NCBI GenBank assembly: GCA_964427245.1
Contig: CAYRSX010000038.1
Location: 2,495 to 66,494, forward strand
Origin: an uncultured Desulfobulbaceae bacterium
Lineage (GTDB): Bacteria; Desulfobacterota; Dissulfuribacteria; Dissulfuribacterales; DYLC01
Direction of reading: 5' to 3'
Length of the DNA stretch: 64,000 nt
Each line of letters begins with the position of its first letter. Positions within the stretch are counted from its first letter, which is position 1. Under the pieces are notes generated by a model that did not search any database, was not told where the DNA came from, and saw only the letters and a list, made by a program, of their open reading frames with translations. A program made the translations under genes and the position numbers. This document shows, one piece after another, positions 35,196-44,409 of the stretch.

Positions 35196-35227
35196 GCCTC
35201 CTTTTGTAAAAAAGGAGGCTTTTTTTT
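35196..35227 (+). terminator. strong intrinsic terminator after porB; its 3' arm contains the pyrB Shine-Dalgarno
   Basis: GCCTCCTTTT-gtaa-AAAAGGAGGC followed by TTTTTTTT. The pyrB ATG follows at 35231. Confidence 0.8.
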
Positions 35228-35230
35228 GCC

Positions 35231-36160
35231 ATGAATAGATTGAGCGTAAAACATATATTGGGTATTGAGCAGCTCACTATCGATGACATTCGTCTGATCC
35301 TCGATACAGCGGAGGCCTTAAAGGGGATTTTGAACCGTCCTATCAAAAAGGTGCCTCCCTTGCGAGGCGCCACGGTGGTGAATCTCTTTTTTGAACCCAG
35401 TACGCGCACTCGGCTCTCCTTTGAGCTGGCCGCAAAACGTCTGAGTGCAGATACCGTATCCGTGTCCGCTGCTACGAGCAGTGTGCTCAAGGGTGAGACT
35501 CTGTTGGACACTGCCCGCAATGTGGAGGCCATGCGGTCCGATATACTGGTCCTGCGTCATTTCTATTCGGGCGCCCCATATTTTCTGGCCCAACGTCTTA
35601 AGGGCTGCTCTGTAATAAATGCCGGAGACGGTATAAACCAGCATCCCACTCAGGCCCTTTTGGACCTTTTTACTGTAAGGGAGCGGCTGGGGCGAGTAAA
35701 AGGCCTCAAGATAACTATTTTAGGCGATATTATGCACAGCCGTGTGGCCCATTCCGACATTCGACTCTTTCATGCCATGGGAGCACATGTCGTTGTGTCA
35801 GGGCCAGCCAATCTTCTGCCTTTGACTCTCAAAGCACTTGGTGCTGAGGTTACTTACAGTGTGGACGAGGCCCTCGATGGTGCGGATGTGGTGATGCTCC
35901 TGAGGCTTCAGTTGGAGAGACAGGGTGCAGGCTTGATTCCTTCAGGCTGTGAATATGCTAACTTTTTTGGTCTGGTTCATAAAAAATGTCTGAATTTGGC
36001 CCCTAACGCCATAATTATGCATCCAGGTCCCATAAATCGTGGCGTGGAGCTGTCATCGGAATTGGCGGACTCAGCACAATCGGTAATTTTGGATCAGGTG
36101 ACCAATGGTGTGGCGGTTAGAATGGCTATCCTGTCGCTTTTATGGGCTGATAGGAGTTGA
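35231..36160 (+). CDS. pyrB: aspartate carbamoyltransferase catalytic subunit
   Basis: FFEPSTRTRLSFE, HPTQALLD and HPGPINRGVE motifs. Confidence 0.9.
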   Translation: MNRLSVKHILGIEQLTIDDIRLILDTAEALKGILNRPIKKVPPLRGATVVNLFFEPSTRTRLSFELAAKRLSADTVSVSAATSSVLKGETLLDTARNVEAMRSDILVLRHFYSGAPYFLAQRLKGCSVINAGDGINQHPTQALLDLFTVRERLGRVKGLKITILGDIMHSRVAHSDIRLFHAMGAHVVVSGPANLLPLTLKALGAEVTYSVDEALDGADVVMLLRLQLERQGAGLIPSGCEYANFFGLVHKKCLNLAPNAIIMHPGPINRGVELSSELADSAQSVILDQVTNGVAVRMAILSLLWADRS

Positions 36161-36175
36161 ATCTGGAGTATAAAA

Positions 36176-37471
36176 ATGGACTTGCTTCTTGAGAATGCTT
36201 TGCTTTTGGATCCTGCTTCCGGTCTGAATGAGATGGGCGCTGTTTGGGTTCGAAGTGGCCGTATAGAGGGCATATTTTTGGCCAGAGATGGATCACCATT
36301 GCATTTGCCTGTACAGCGCATGGATTTGAAGGGCTGTTGGCTGGTTCCCGGTTTGATAGATATGCATGTTCATTTGAGAGAGCCGGGAGAGGAATACAAG
36401 GAGACCATTGCCACCGGCACAAGGGCTGCGGCAGCAGGTGGTTTTACGGCAGTTGCAAGTATGCCCAATACAAGACCTGTGAATGATGATGTGACCGTCA
36501 CTGCATTTATAAAACATAAGGCGGAGTTGGAGGGCAGCGCTCGTGTATATCCTGTGGCCTGTATTACGAGAGGCCAGCAGGGCAAGGAGTTGACGGAGAT
36601 GGGTTTGTTATTGGAGGCCGGGGCCGTGGCCTTTTCAGATGATGGAAGGCCTGTAACCGACGCCGCCATTATGCGTGCGGCCATGGAGTATGTGCGTGGT
36701 TTTGACGCCCTTATCATCTCTCATGCCGAGGAGTTGAATCTTGTGGGAAATGGTGTCATGAATGAAGGCCTGATTTCGCAGGTCTTGGGGCTTAGGGGTA
36801 TACCTTGTGTGGCCGAGGAGATAGCTGTTTTTCGCGATATAGCCCTTGCAAAATATACCGGAGCGAGGTTGCACATAGCGCATGTTAGCACAAAAGGCGC
36901 TGTGGAGTTGATTCGTAGGGCCAAAAACGAAGGGGTGCGTGTTACAGCGGAAACTGCCCCGCATTATTTTACACTTACCGAGGAGGCTGTACTGGGCTAC
37001 AATACTAATGCAAAGATGAACCCACCTCTTCGAATAGAAGAAGACAGACAGGCTGTTATAGATGGATTGAAAGATGGTACGCTGAATGTAATAGCGACAG
37101 ATCATGCGCCTCATAGTGTATTGGAAAAGGAGATCGAGTTTGACAGGGCGGCCAATGGCATCATTGGATTGGAGACAGCTGTTCCTCTTGCATTGGAATT
37201 GGTGCGGCAGCAGCATCTAACGCCTCTTCAGATGGTTGCAAGCCTTTCATTGAATCCAGCCTGTATCTTGGGTGTGCCTGGAGGAAGGCTGAAAGTGAGT
37301 GAACCTGCCGATCTATGTATCATAGATCCAAATATGCCATTTGAAATCACGCGAGATAATCTGTTTTCCAAAAGTTGGAATACGCCGTTTTTGGGTCAAC
37401 GTCTTATGGGCAGGGTTGTTTTGACTATGAAGTCAGGTCAAGTGATACATAATCTTGTAGGGGCGGAGTAG
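36176..37471 (+). CDS. pyrC: dihydroorotase (multifunctional-complex type)
   Basis: LIDMHVHLREPG, ...IATDHAPH..., about 430 aa, directly after pyrB. Confidence 0.9.
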   Translation: MDLLLENALLLDPASGLNEMGAVWVRSGRIEGIFLARDGSPLHLPVQRMDLKGCWLVPGLIDMHVHLREPGEEYKETIATGTRAAAAGGFTAVASMPNTRPVNDDVTVTAFIKHKAELEGSARVYPVACITRGQQGKELTEMGLLLEAGAVAFSDDGRPVTDAAIMRAAMEYVRGFDALIISHAEELNLVGNGVMNEGLISQVLGLRGIPCVAEEIAVFRDIALAKYTGARLHIAHVSTKGAVELIRRAKNEGVRVTAETAPHYFTLTEEAVLGYNTNAKMNPPLRIEEDRQAVIDGLKDGTLNVIATDHAPHSVLEKEIEFDRAANGIIGLETAVPLALELVRQQHLTPLQMVASLSLNPACILGVPGGRLKVSEPADLCIIDPNMPFEITRDNLFSKSWNTPFLGQRLMGRVVLTMKSGQVIHNLVGAE

Positions 37472-37485
37472 CACTTACTCCTATC

Positions 37486-37746
37486 AAGGATTTCTCAGTC
37501 GCTGTGCTTCATTCGAAATGACACTGGTTGTTGTGTGCTACAGGCGAGACGGTTGTGACAGGCGTCTCGCCTGTCTTACGAGTGGTGCCTTTGTCATTTC
37601 GAGCGAAGTGGTGTCCCCTCCTGTGGGGAGGGTGCCCGAAGGGCGGGGTGGTTGTAATTGCTCACGAACTGGCTGTCATTTCGAGTGAAGCGGTTGTGAT
37701 TTCGAGCAAACCCTCTGTCATCCCGAGCGTAGCGAGGAATCTTAAG
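37486..37746. repeat. largest mosaic repeat cluster (M1inv-M2-M2-M1[M5 nested]-M1-M1-M1)
   Basis: Colinear with 21147..21339 but with an extra 40-nt module (37612..37651) and additional M1 variants (GTGATTTCGAGCAAACCCTC, TGTCATCCCGAGCGTAGCGAGGAATCTTAAGG). Confidence 0.9.
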
Positions 37747-37782
37747 GCGCTACAGATGAATTACGACAGGGTATGAAACACT

Positions 37783-39279
37783 ATGGCAGTTATATTATTA
37801 GTGGATGATGATCGAAGTTTAAGGGAGTTTCTGGAGATCTTTCTTGTGAAAGAGGGGCATATCGTTCTGCCTGCTGCTAATGCCGCCGAGGCCTTGAAGC
37901 TCCTTGACGATCGTTTGGATATACAGGTGGTGATAAGCGATATCCGTATGCCCGACATGAGCGGCATAGAGCTTCTGAAGCGAATAAAGGCTCAAAGGCA
38001 AGAGTTGCCCGTGGTGCTTATAACGGCCTTCGCCTCAATGGATACGGCCATATCCGCTATGCGAGAAGGGGCATGGGATTATCTGGCCAAGCCGTTTCGT
38101 CTGGATGAGGTGCGCCGAGTGCTGCAAAACGTCTTAGGGTCGCATAATATGCCTTTTACATTGGAGCAGGCAGCAGCATCCTCTGTTATTCAGGAGAAAT
38201 TATCTCAGAAGGTGACCGTTAGTAACAGTAACGAACTCCAGTATCCGCACAAGGGTCTTCATATACATCGTATGGATCGCATGGTGTCATGCAGTCCAGT
38301 CATGCTCAAGATATTTCAGCTTGTTCAAAAGATCGCATCGAGCCTATCCAGCGTATTGATAACAGGCGAAAGTGGTACTGGTAAGGAGCTGGTGGCGCGT
38401 GCCATTCACAATCTCGGCAATCGAGCGAAGAATCCTTTTGTAGTGGTGAATTGTGGTGGAATACCGGAAAATTTATTGGAGACAGAGCTTTTCGGCCATG
38501 TAAAAGGGGCTTTCACCGGAGCTGACAGAGAAAAGACCGGCCTGTTCTCTTTGGCTGATAAAGGCACCATCTTTCTGGATGAAATCGGCGAGTTACCCCT
38601 TACTCTTCAGGTCAAGTTGTTGCGAGTGGTGCAGGAGAAGACCTTCATGCCAGTGGGTGGAACTGGCGAGCAGCAAGTCGATGTGCGTATTATAGCTGCG
38701 ACCAATCGAGATATGGAAAAAGAGGTTATTGCCGGTAGATTCCGTGAGGATCTCTTTTACCGTCTGAACGTCATTCACATACACGTTCCGCCTCTTCGGG
38801 AACGGCCTGAGGATATACCGGTTTTGGTTCAGTATTTTCTGGATAAATTTGCAAAAGAGCAGGGGAAGTCCCTACAGGGGATCTCCAGCTTTGCCATGAA
38901 AATACTCCAGGGATATACCTTTCCGGGGAATATTCGAGAACTGGAAAATATAGTTGAAAGAAGTGTAACTTTGGAGACTTCCAGTATTCTTTTGCCGGAA
39001 AGCCTGTCTATTTCCCGCTTCAAAGAGACTGTTGAAGGCACTGCTGAATATTCGTCTAGTTCGAACGAATTAAAACCATTGCATCTTCTTAGTTGTCTTG
39101 AGTCACTGGAGATACCCAATGAGGGTATTGAACTGGATGAATTCCTTGCAAATATCGAAAAGGCTCTGATCTTGAAGGCATTGAGGATTACTAACGGTTC
39201 AAAAATGAATGCCGCTCGATTGCTGCGTATGAATTTTCGCTCCTTTCGTTACCGGTTGGATAAGTACGGCATAGAATAA
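37783..39279 (+). CDS. sigma-54-dependent two-component response regulator (REC, AAA+, Fis-type HTH), NtrC family
   Basis: ILLVDDD...VISDIRMPDMSG (REC), GESGTGKE Walker A, GAFTGA loop, and a C-terminal HTH (NAARLLRMNFRSFRYRLDKYGI). Confidence 0.9.
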   Translation: MAVILLVDDDRSLREFLEIFLVKEGHIVLPAANAAEALKLLDDRLDIQVVISDIRMPDMSGIELLKRIKAQRQELPVVLITAFASMDTAISAMREGAWDYLAKPFRLDEVRRVLQNVLGSHNMPFTLEQAAASSVIQEKLSQKVTVSNSNELQYPHKGLHIHRMDRMVSCSPVMLKIFQLVQKIASSLSSVLITGESGTGKELVARAIHNLGNRAKNPFVVVNCGGIPENLLETELFGHVKGAFTGADREKTGLFSLADKGTIFLDEIGELPLTLQVKLLRVVQEKTFMPVGGTGEQQVDVRIIAATNRDMEKEVIAGRFREDLFYRLNVIHIHVPPLRERPEDIPVLVQYFLDKFAKEQGKSLQGISSFAMKILQGYTFPGNIRELENIVERSVTLETSSILLPESLSISRFKETVEGTAEYSSSSNELKPLHLLSCLESLEIPNEGIELDEFLANIEKALILKALRITNGSKMNAARLLRMNFRSFRYRLDKYGIE

Positions 39280-39282
39280 AAC

Positions 39283-41025
39283 ATGCTTTCTTGGCTGCGC
39301 AGTACCTTTCATGTGAATGGCACCGTGAATGAAAAAGACTCCATCTTTTCCTTTGGGTGGGAACCATTTTCTCCCGAACCCTTAGACTACCGACAGTTTC
39401 AATGGCTCACATGGGGCAGACTTGCCTTAGTGCTTTTATTGTTTACAGCCATCTTTTTGTTTTCCAATTATTTGGGTCCGATCGTTCAGCTGCCTGATGC
39501 TTTGTTGAAGGTGGCCTATCTTTCTTTGGCTGCCCTGGCCGTAACTTATGGCTATATTCAGTGGTATAAAACAGGAAAGCGCTTGAGGCAGTTGTCCCTG
39601 CTGCAGATTACTTTGGACATATTGTTTGCAGCAGCGGTGGTCTATGTAACAGGCATGGCATTGAGCCCCTTTTTGTTTCTTTTCCCTGTCATCGTTTTGG
39701 CTGCCTGTCTGTTGCAGGGCAGACAGGGCGGTCAGTTTGCAGCGGTGTTTTTTACTCTGCTGTACGCACTTATAGTCTGGCTGGACAAGTCCTTTTCTCT
39801 GCGTGACGCCTCCAATCTGATTGTTTTTTTTGTCAATATAGTGGTAGTGAATCTTACTGCCCTGCTGGCTGGTGCTCTGGCGGAGCGGTTAAAGCGTGCG
39901 GAACGCCGTCTCTCTCTCGCAGTAGTGGACCTTAAGCGAGTGCAGGAGATGCAGAGGCATCTGGCCGATAATCTGGCGTCAGGTCTGGTGATGTTGAATA
40001 CGGAGGGGCGAATTCTGACATTGAACCGTAGCGCTGAGACTATGTTGAGTATTAGAGCCTCGGACTATATAGGCAGCACGATCTATGACCTCTGGCCTGA
40101 TATAGGTGTTGATTTTTGTAATTTTATAGCAGAGTTTCAAGAAGGAGATCGAAGACGCAGGGAGATTTTCTACGATGGCTCTGTAGGCAGAATTATTTTA
40201 GGACTTTCAGTATTTAGTATGCAGGATGGAAAGGGAGGTCTTCTTGGTTATGGCATCATCTTTCAGGACCTGACGGAGATAAGGCGTCAGGAGGAGAGGT
40301 TACGTAGAGTGGAGAGACTTGCCTCTCTGGGTGAGATGGCCGCAGGCATGGCCCATGAGATTCGAAATCCCCTGGCTTCCATATCCGGAGTAGTGGAATT
40401 TCTGCAGGAAGGGGGTATGGTCAATGCCGATGGCGGCAGGTTGCTGGAGATACTTCAGAGAGAGATTCAGCGTCTGACCGAGCTTACAGAGTCCTTTTTG
40501 TTGTATGCCAGGCCTGAAAAGGGCGGAGAACAGCCTGTAAACGTGCTGAATGCCGTAAACGAGACCATAGGGCTTTTGAGCAGTCGCAAGCTTGCTAAAT
40601 TGAATGTGCAGGTACAGGTGCCGAGCGATGTGTTTGTACGAGTCAATCCTGCTCAGTTTCGTCAGGTGCTGCTGAATCTGGTTTTAAATGCAGTGCAGGC
40701 CATGAGCCCCAAGATGGAAAGGGGTGAGAAAGGTGAGTTGTTTGTGGGGGTTGAACTCGAGAGTCGCAGGGGCAACAGGCCGGTCGCACCTACTGATAGA
40801 ATCGTCCTTGTTGTGCGGGACAATGGAGCCGGTATGCCGGAGGATGTGATGGCACACATATTTGACCCATTCTTTACCACTCGTGCCGATGGTACCGGCC
40901 TGGGGCTCTCTATTGTGCAAAGGCTGGTGGATGCATGGGGTGGCGAGGTGGAGTGCTCTTCCGAGGTGAACGAGGGCACTGAGTTCAAAATCCTGTTGCC
41001 TGTTTCAGATTTTCCAAAAACCTGA
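39283..41025 (+). CDS. membrane sensor histidine kinase (multi-TM, PAS, HisKA, HATPase_c), partner of the preceding regulator
   Basis: H-box MAHEIRNPLASI, N-box LNLVLNAVQA, G1 DNGAGMP, G2 GTGLGLSIV. The N-terminal hydrophobic segments resemble PilS- or NtrY-type sensors. Confidence 0.85.
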   Translation: MLSWLRSTFHVNGTVNEKDSIFSFGWEPFSPEPLDYRQFQWLTWGRLALVLLLFTAIFLFSNYLGPIVQLPDALLKVAYLSLAALAVTYGYIQWYKTGKRLRQLSLLQITLDILFAAAVVYVTGMALSPFLFLFPVIVLAACLLQGRQGGQFAAVFFTLLYALIVWLDKSFSLRDASNLIVFFVNIVVVNLTALLAGALAERLKRAERRLSLAVVDLKRVQEMQRHLADNLASGLVMLNTEGRILTLNRSAETMLSIRASDYIGSTIYDLWPDIGVDFCNFIAEFQEGDRRRREIFYDGSVGRIILGLSVFSMQDGKGGLLGYGIIFQDLTEIRRQEERLRRVERLASLGEMAAGMAHEIRNPLASISGVVEFLQEGGMVNADGGRLLEILQREIQRLTELTESFLLYARPEKGGEQPVNVLNAVNETIGLLSSRKLAKLNVQVQVPSDVFVRVNPAQFRQVLLNLVLNAVQAMSPKMERGEKGELFVGVELESRRGNRPVAPTDRIVLVVRDNGAGMPEDVMAHIFDPFFTTRADGTGLGLSIVQRLVDAWGGEVECSSEVNEGTEFKILLPVSDFPKT

Positions 41026-41692
41026 CCAAAAGCCGCTCCAAGGCGAGAAAATCCTGTTTTTTTGAAAAAATGGCCGTTTTATTCTGTATATAGGGCCCTT
41101 TTTCGTTTATCGAGGTTGCGTCGTTGGCAATCATGTCCTGGGCGCTGGGCCATGTGGTTTCCAGGTGAAATTGTAGGCCCACAGCCTTGTTGTCTAAAGT
41201 AGCAAATGCCTGATTGCGGCAGGCATCGGAACTGGCAAGGAGTTGCGCAGATGAAGGGACGCCGAAGGTGTCTCCGTGCCAGTGAAATGCGTGGAATGTG
41301 GCTGGGAATCCTTGGAAAAACAGTGAGTTCAAGCCGTCTGGTGTGAGCGTGACAGGAAACCAGCCTATTTCTTTGAATGCGTTTTTTTTGACTGATGCGC
41401 CTAACACATTTGCTAATATCTGTGCTCCCAGACAGATACCCAACACGGTCTTGTCGTTTTTGAGCACTGTCTCTATGAATGCCTTTTCAGTTTTCAGCCA
41501 AGGGAATCTGTCATCTTCATATGCACCCATGGAACCACCCATGACCACAAGCCAGTCAAATGAGTCAGGAGCGGGAAAACTATCGCCACGGTGAATGTGC
41601 GTGAAGCCGGTTGAAGCGCCTTGCAATACGGCCCAATCCAGTATGCCAGCAGGTCCTTCCAGTGGTTCATGTTGAATGAAGTGGATGCGCAT
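40985..41692 (-). CDS. class I glutamine amidotransferase-like protein (GMP synthase GATase-domain family)
   Basis: MRIHFIQHEPLEGPAGI...VLGICLGAQILANVLGA...FHWHGDTF (Cys-His catalytic region). Its 3' end overlaps the convergent kinase gene by 41 nt. Confidence 0.75.
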   Translation of the reverse strand: MRIHFIQHEPLEGPAGILDWAVLQGASTGFTHIHRGDSFPAPDSFDWLVVMGGSMGAYEDDRFPWLKTEKAFIETVLKNDKTVLGICLGAQILANVLGASVKKNAFKEIGWFPVTLTPDGLNSLFFQGFPATFHAFHWHGDTFGVPSSAQLLASSDACRNQAFATLDNKAVGLQFHLETTWPSAQDMIANDATSINEKGPYIQNKTAIFSKKQDFLALERLLVRFLENLKQATGF

Positions 41693-41725
41693 TGTAGGTG
41701 TCTCCTTAAGTAATTCTGATATGGT

Positions 41726-41792
41726 GGGGGCATGTCCCCCGTGGCCGCCTGAAACAGGGCAGGGGCAGGTACGGGCACGGCATGCCGTGCCC
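41726..41792. repeat. GC-rich hairpin/palindrome modules (M4 type)
   Basis: GGGGGCATGTCCCCC and the perfect 20-nt palindrome GGGCACGGCATGCCGTGCCC (41773..41792). They are related to 43037..43064. Confidence 0.8.
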
Positions 41793-41824
41793 CAACAACC
41801 CTGATTTTTAAAGTTTTCACACTA

Positions 41825-42958
41825 TTATTTGAGAATGAGGTTTTTCATGGCCTCACGGGAGGCCAGTTCTCTGCGTTCTTCATATGCCCTGCGAGCGATT
41901 CTTACATCCTCTATAAAGTATTCCAGCTCTCGCATGGTCAGGGCCTGCGGGCCGTCACATAGGGCCATTTCAGGTCTTGGATGGCATTCCACCAGCACCA
42001 TGTTGGCTCCCGCTATGACACCCTGAGCGCAGGCCTGAAACATGTCGAATATGCCGTCGCCGCCCCTGTCCTTTGTGCCCACTGCATGAGTCGGGTCAAC
42101 GCAGACAGGTAGCCTTGTTAGGCGCTTTACAACCGGTACATGAATGAAGTCCACCAGATTGCGGTGTGGGTCGCCCAGACGGGTTTTTACTCCACGAAGA
42201 CATACGATGATCTTGCGGTTTCCTTCGCTGGCAATGTATTCGCAGGCATTTAGGGCTTCTTCCAGCGGCAGACCCATGCCTCTTTTGTAGAGAACGGGGT
42301 ATTCCTGCTGTGCCCCTACTGCTTTTAGCAGTTCGAAGTTCTGTGCATTGCGAGTGCCGATCTGTAGCATAACACCCGTGGGTTTTCCCGCCTTTTCCAG
42401 GGCATTTTGTATCTCTTCTATATGAATCTCCTTTAATACCTCCATGGCTACGACTCGAATGCCGTATTTGCCTGCGAGCTCAAAGAGCCAGGGCAAACAG
42501 GAGGCCCCGTGGCCTTGAAAGTCATAGGGGCTGGTGCGTGGTTTGTATGCGCCCATGCGAGCGGTCTGTATGCCGAGGCGTTGCAGATTCTTGAATACGA
42601 TCTCCACATGCTCTTGCGTATCCACTGCGCACAACCCCAGGAATATGTGAAAGCTGTCCTGATTGAAGACAATACCATTATATTCGAAACCAAGTTGGTC
42701 CAGTTGGCCTCCATGCCTGCCTATCTGCCTGTATTTGCTGGAGACCCGTACTACGCGTTCCACGCCGGGCATGCGCTCAATGTGTTCTCCTGGAATGTCA
42801 TGCGTGGGCCCGATGAGATATATCTCCGTCACCACACGGCTTGTGCCTCGCACACCCGAAACAGATGTTTTCAGGCCAGGGAAAAGGCTGAGGTACTCTA
42901 GCAGATTGGACATTTCCGGGCCGTTGGGGTCTATGTCCGGTTTCATTATGATAATCAT
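41825..42958 (-). CDS. 3-deoxy-7-phosphoheptulonate (DAHP) synthase, type I-beta with an N-terminal regulatory domain
   Basis: The KDO8P/DAHP synthase I-beta core (...RMGAYKPRTSPYDFQGHG..., VCVDPTHAVG) is preceded by a ferredoxin-like domain of about 80 aa, as in Thermotoga-type enzymes. Confidence 0.8.
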   Translation of the reverse strand: MIIIMKPDIDPNGPEMSNLLEYLSLFPGLKTSVSGVRGTSRVVTEIYLIGPTHDIPGEHIERMPGVERVVRVSSKYRQIGRHGGQLDQLGFEYNGIVFNQDSFHIFLGLCAVDTQEHVEIVFKNLQRLGIQTARMGAYKPRTSPYDFQGHGASCLPWLFELAGKYGIRVVAMEVLKEIHIEEIQNALEKAGKPTGVMLQIGTRNAQNFELLKAVGAQQEYPVLYKRGMGLPLEEALNACEYIASEGNRKIIVCLRGVKTRLGDPHRNLVDFIHVPVVKRLTRLPVCVDPTHAVGTKDRGGDGIFDMFQACAQGVIAGANMVLVECHPRPEMALCDGPQALTMRELEYFIEDVRIARRAYEERRELASREAMKNLILK

Positions 42959-43036
42959 ATATTTTCCTTGAATTACGATGGATTATTATTAAACTAAATC
43001 AAAATATGTTAAACGAGCGATGGTGTCAATATGAAA

Positions 43037-43145
43037 TTAAGGACACGGCATGCCGTGTCCTTAACCTGTTATTTCGAGCGAAGCGAGAAATCTTTACAAA
43101 GTAGCACAGTCCTGTCTGTGTTTTTTTTACAGCCTCGAAATGACA
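43037..43145. repeat. mosaic repeat cluster (28-nt perfect palindrome M4, M1, inverted M1 fragment)
   Basis: TTAAGGACACGGCATGCCGTGTCCTTAA (43037..43064, perfect palindrome), then TGTTATTTCGAGCGAAGCGAGAAATCTTT ... CCTCGAAATGACA. Confidence 0.85.
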
Positions 43146-43179
43146 GAAATAAAAAATTAGGAACAGTTCTTATTTTTAT

Positions 43180-43208
43180 CTTGACAAGTCAATAATATCT
43201 TGTTAAGA
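43180..43208 (+). promoter_or_regulatory. candidate sigma-70 promoter for the Fur/PerR-family gene
   Basis: TTGACA (43180-43185), 17-nt spacer, TAAGAA(T) (43203-43208). The AT-rich stretch TCAATAATATCTTGTTAAGAATAATTA overlapping it is Fur/PerR-box-like. Confidence 0.45.
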
Positions 43209-43237
43209 ATAATTACCCTTTTTAATGGAGGTATATT

Positions 43238-43648
43238 TTGGAATCAAATACAGTGAAATTGCGTAATACAGCCCAGCGTTCCCTTATTTTGAGCGTTTTG
43301 AAGGGCATGAAAACTCATCCGACTGCAGATGAGTTGTATGAAAAGGTTCGAAGTGAGATGCCTCGCATAAGCCTTGGAACAGTTTATCGCAATCTCATGA
43401 TGCTCGTTGATCTGGGGATGGTCAGAAAATTGAAGACTGCCGGCAAGCAGATGCGTTTTGACGGTGATCTCTCTCATCATGTTCATATTCGCTGCAGCCA
43501 CTGTGGCCGCGTGGATGATGTTTGGGCCGATCCAATATCCATTCCTGAGCATATGAAGACTATTGATTTTCGAGGATATCAAGTGACAGGATATTCCCTG
43601 GAATATGAAGGAGTGTGTCCTGATTGCGCTAAAAAGAATATAGGTTAA
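43238..43648 (+). CDS. perR: Fur family transcriptional regulator, probably PerR-like
   Basis: TAQRSLILSVL...HPTADELYEKVRSEMPRISLGTVYRNL...HHVHIRCSHCGRVDDV...CPDC shows a winged helix plus two CxxC pairs. TTG start at 43238 with a GGAGG SD. The genomic context is peroxide and oxygen defence genes. Confidence 0.7.
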   Translation: MESNTVKLRNTAQRSLILSVLKGMKTHPTADELYEKVRSEMPRISLGTVYRNLMMLVDLGMVRKLKTAGKQMRFDGDLSHHVHIRCSHCGRVDDVWADPISIPEHMKTIDFRGYQVTGYSLEYEGVCPDCAKKNIG

Positions 43649-43765
43649 CTCATGTTTTTTATTTGACAGCACATTTTGCGCATTTTGTCACTTACATGTA
43701 GTAGAAAGTGTATTGCGTGCTTATAATTTTTGCTATCAATTGCTTAAAAAATCAAAGGAGAATGT

Positions 43766-44341
43766 ATGAAAAAACTAAGGGGAACTCAGACGGAAAGAAA
43801 CATCTTGACTGCCTTTGCGGGTGAGTCACAGGCCCGTAACCGCTATACCTTTTTTGCCAGCCAGGCAAAGAAAGACGGTTATGTGCAGATAGCCGATATC
43901 TTTGAAGAGACGGCTAATCAAGAAAAGGAACATGCCAAGAGGCTTTTTAAGTTGCTCGAGGGAGGCGAGGTGGAGATACGAGCCAGCTTTCCGGCAGGTG
44001 TTATATCCACTACGTATGACAATTTAATAGAGGCCGCCAATGGTGAAAACTATGAGCAGACCATCATGTATCCTGGTTTTGCTAAAATCGCCATTGAAGA
44101 AGGTTTTCAGGAGCTGTCTTGTATCTTCGAGGCCATAGCAGTGGCCGAAAGGCAGCACGAGAAGCGTTATCGTGAGTTGGCCGCAAATATTGTGGCGGAT
44201 CGTGTCTTCAAACGGGACACTGAGGTAGTCTGGCGGTGCCGCAACTGTGGTTATCTACATCAAGGTACGGCAGCGCCGGAAAAGTGTCCTGCATGTGCGC
44301 ACACAAAGGCGCATTTCGAGCTCTTGGCCGAGAACTGGTAA
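43766..44341 (+). CDS. rbr: rubrerythrin
   Basis: Ferritin-like diiron domain ([16 protein letters not shown]...EKEHAKR...ERQHEKR) plus a C-terminal rubredoxin-like WRCRNCGY...CPACAH. Confidence 0.9.
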   Translation: MKKLRGTQTERNILTAFAGESQARNRYTFFASQAKKDGYVQIADIFEETANQEKEHAKRLFKLLEGGEVEIRASFPAGVISTTYDNLIEAANGENYEQTIMYPGFAKIAIEEGFQELSCIFEAIAVAERQHEKRYRELAANIVADRVFKRDTEVVWRCRNCGYLHQGTAAPEKCPACAHTKAHFELLAENW

Positions 44342-44350
44342 TATTTTTAG

Positions 44351-44368
44351 TACAATTATTTAATTGTA
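44351..44368. promoter_or_regulatory. AT-rich palindrome between rbr and prx (candidate Fur/PerR-family operator)
   Basis: TACAATTA-TT-TAATTGTA has perfect 8-bp arms and lies about 40 nt upstream of the prx start. Confidence 0.35.
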
Positions 44369-44409
44369 ATTGCATGTCATATAAAACTATCAAAAAGGAG
44401 GTAATTCCC

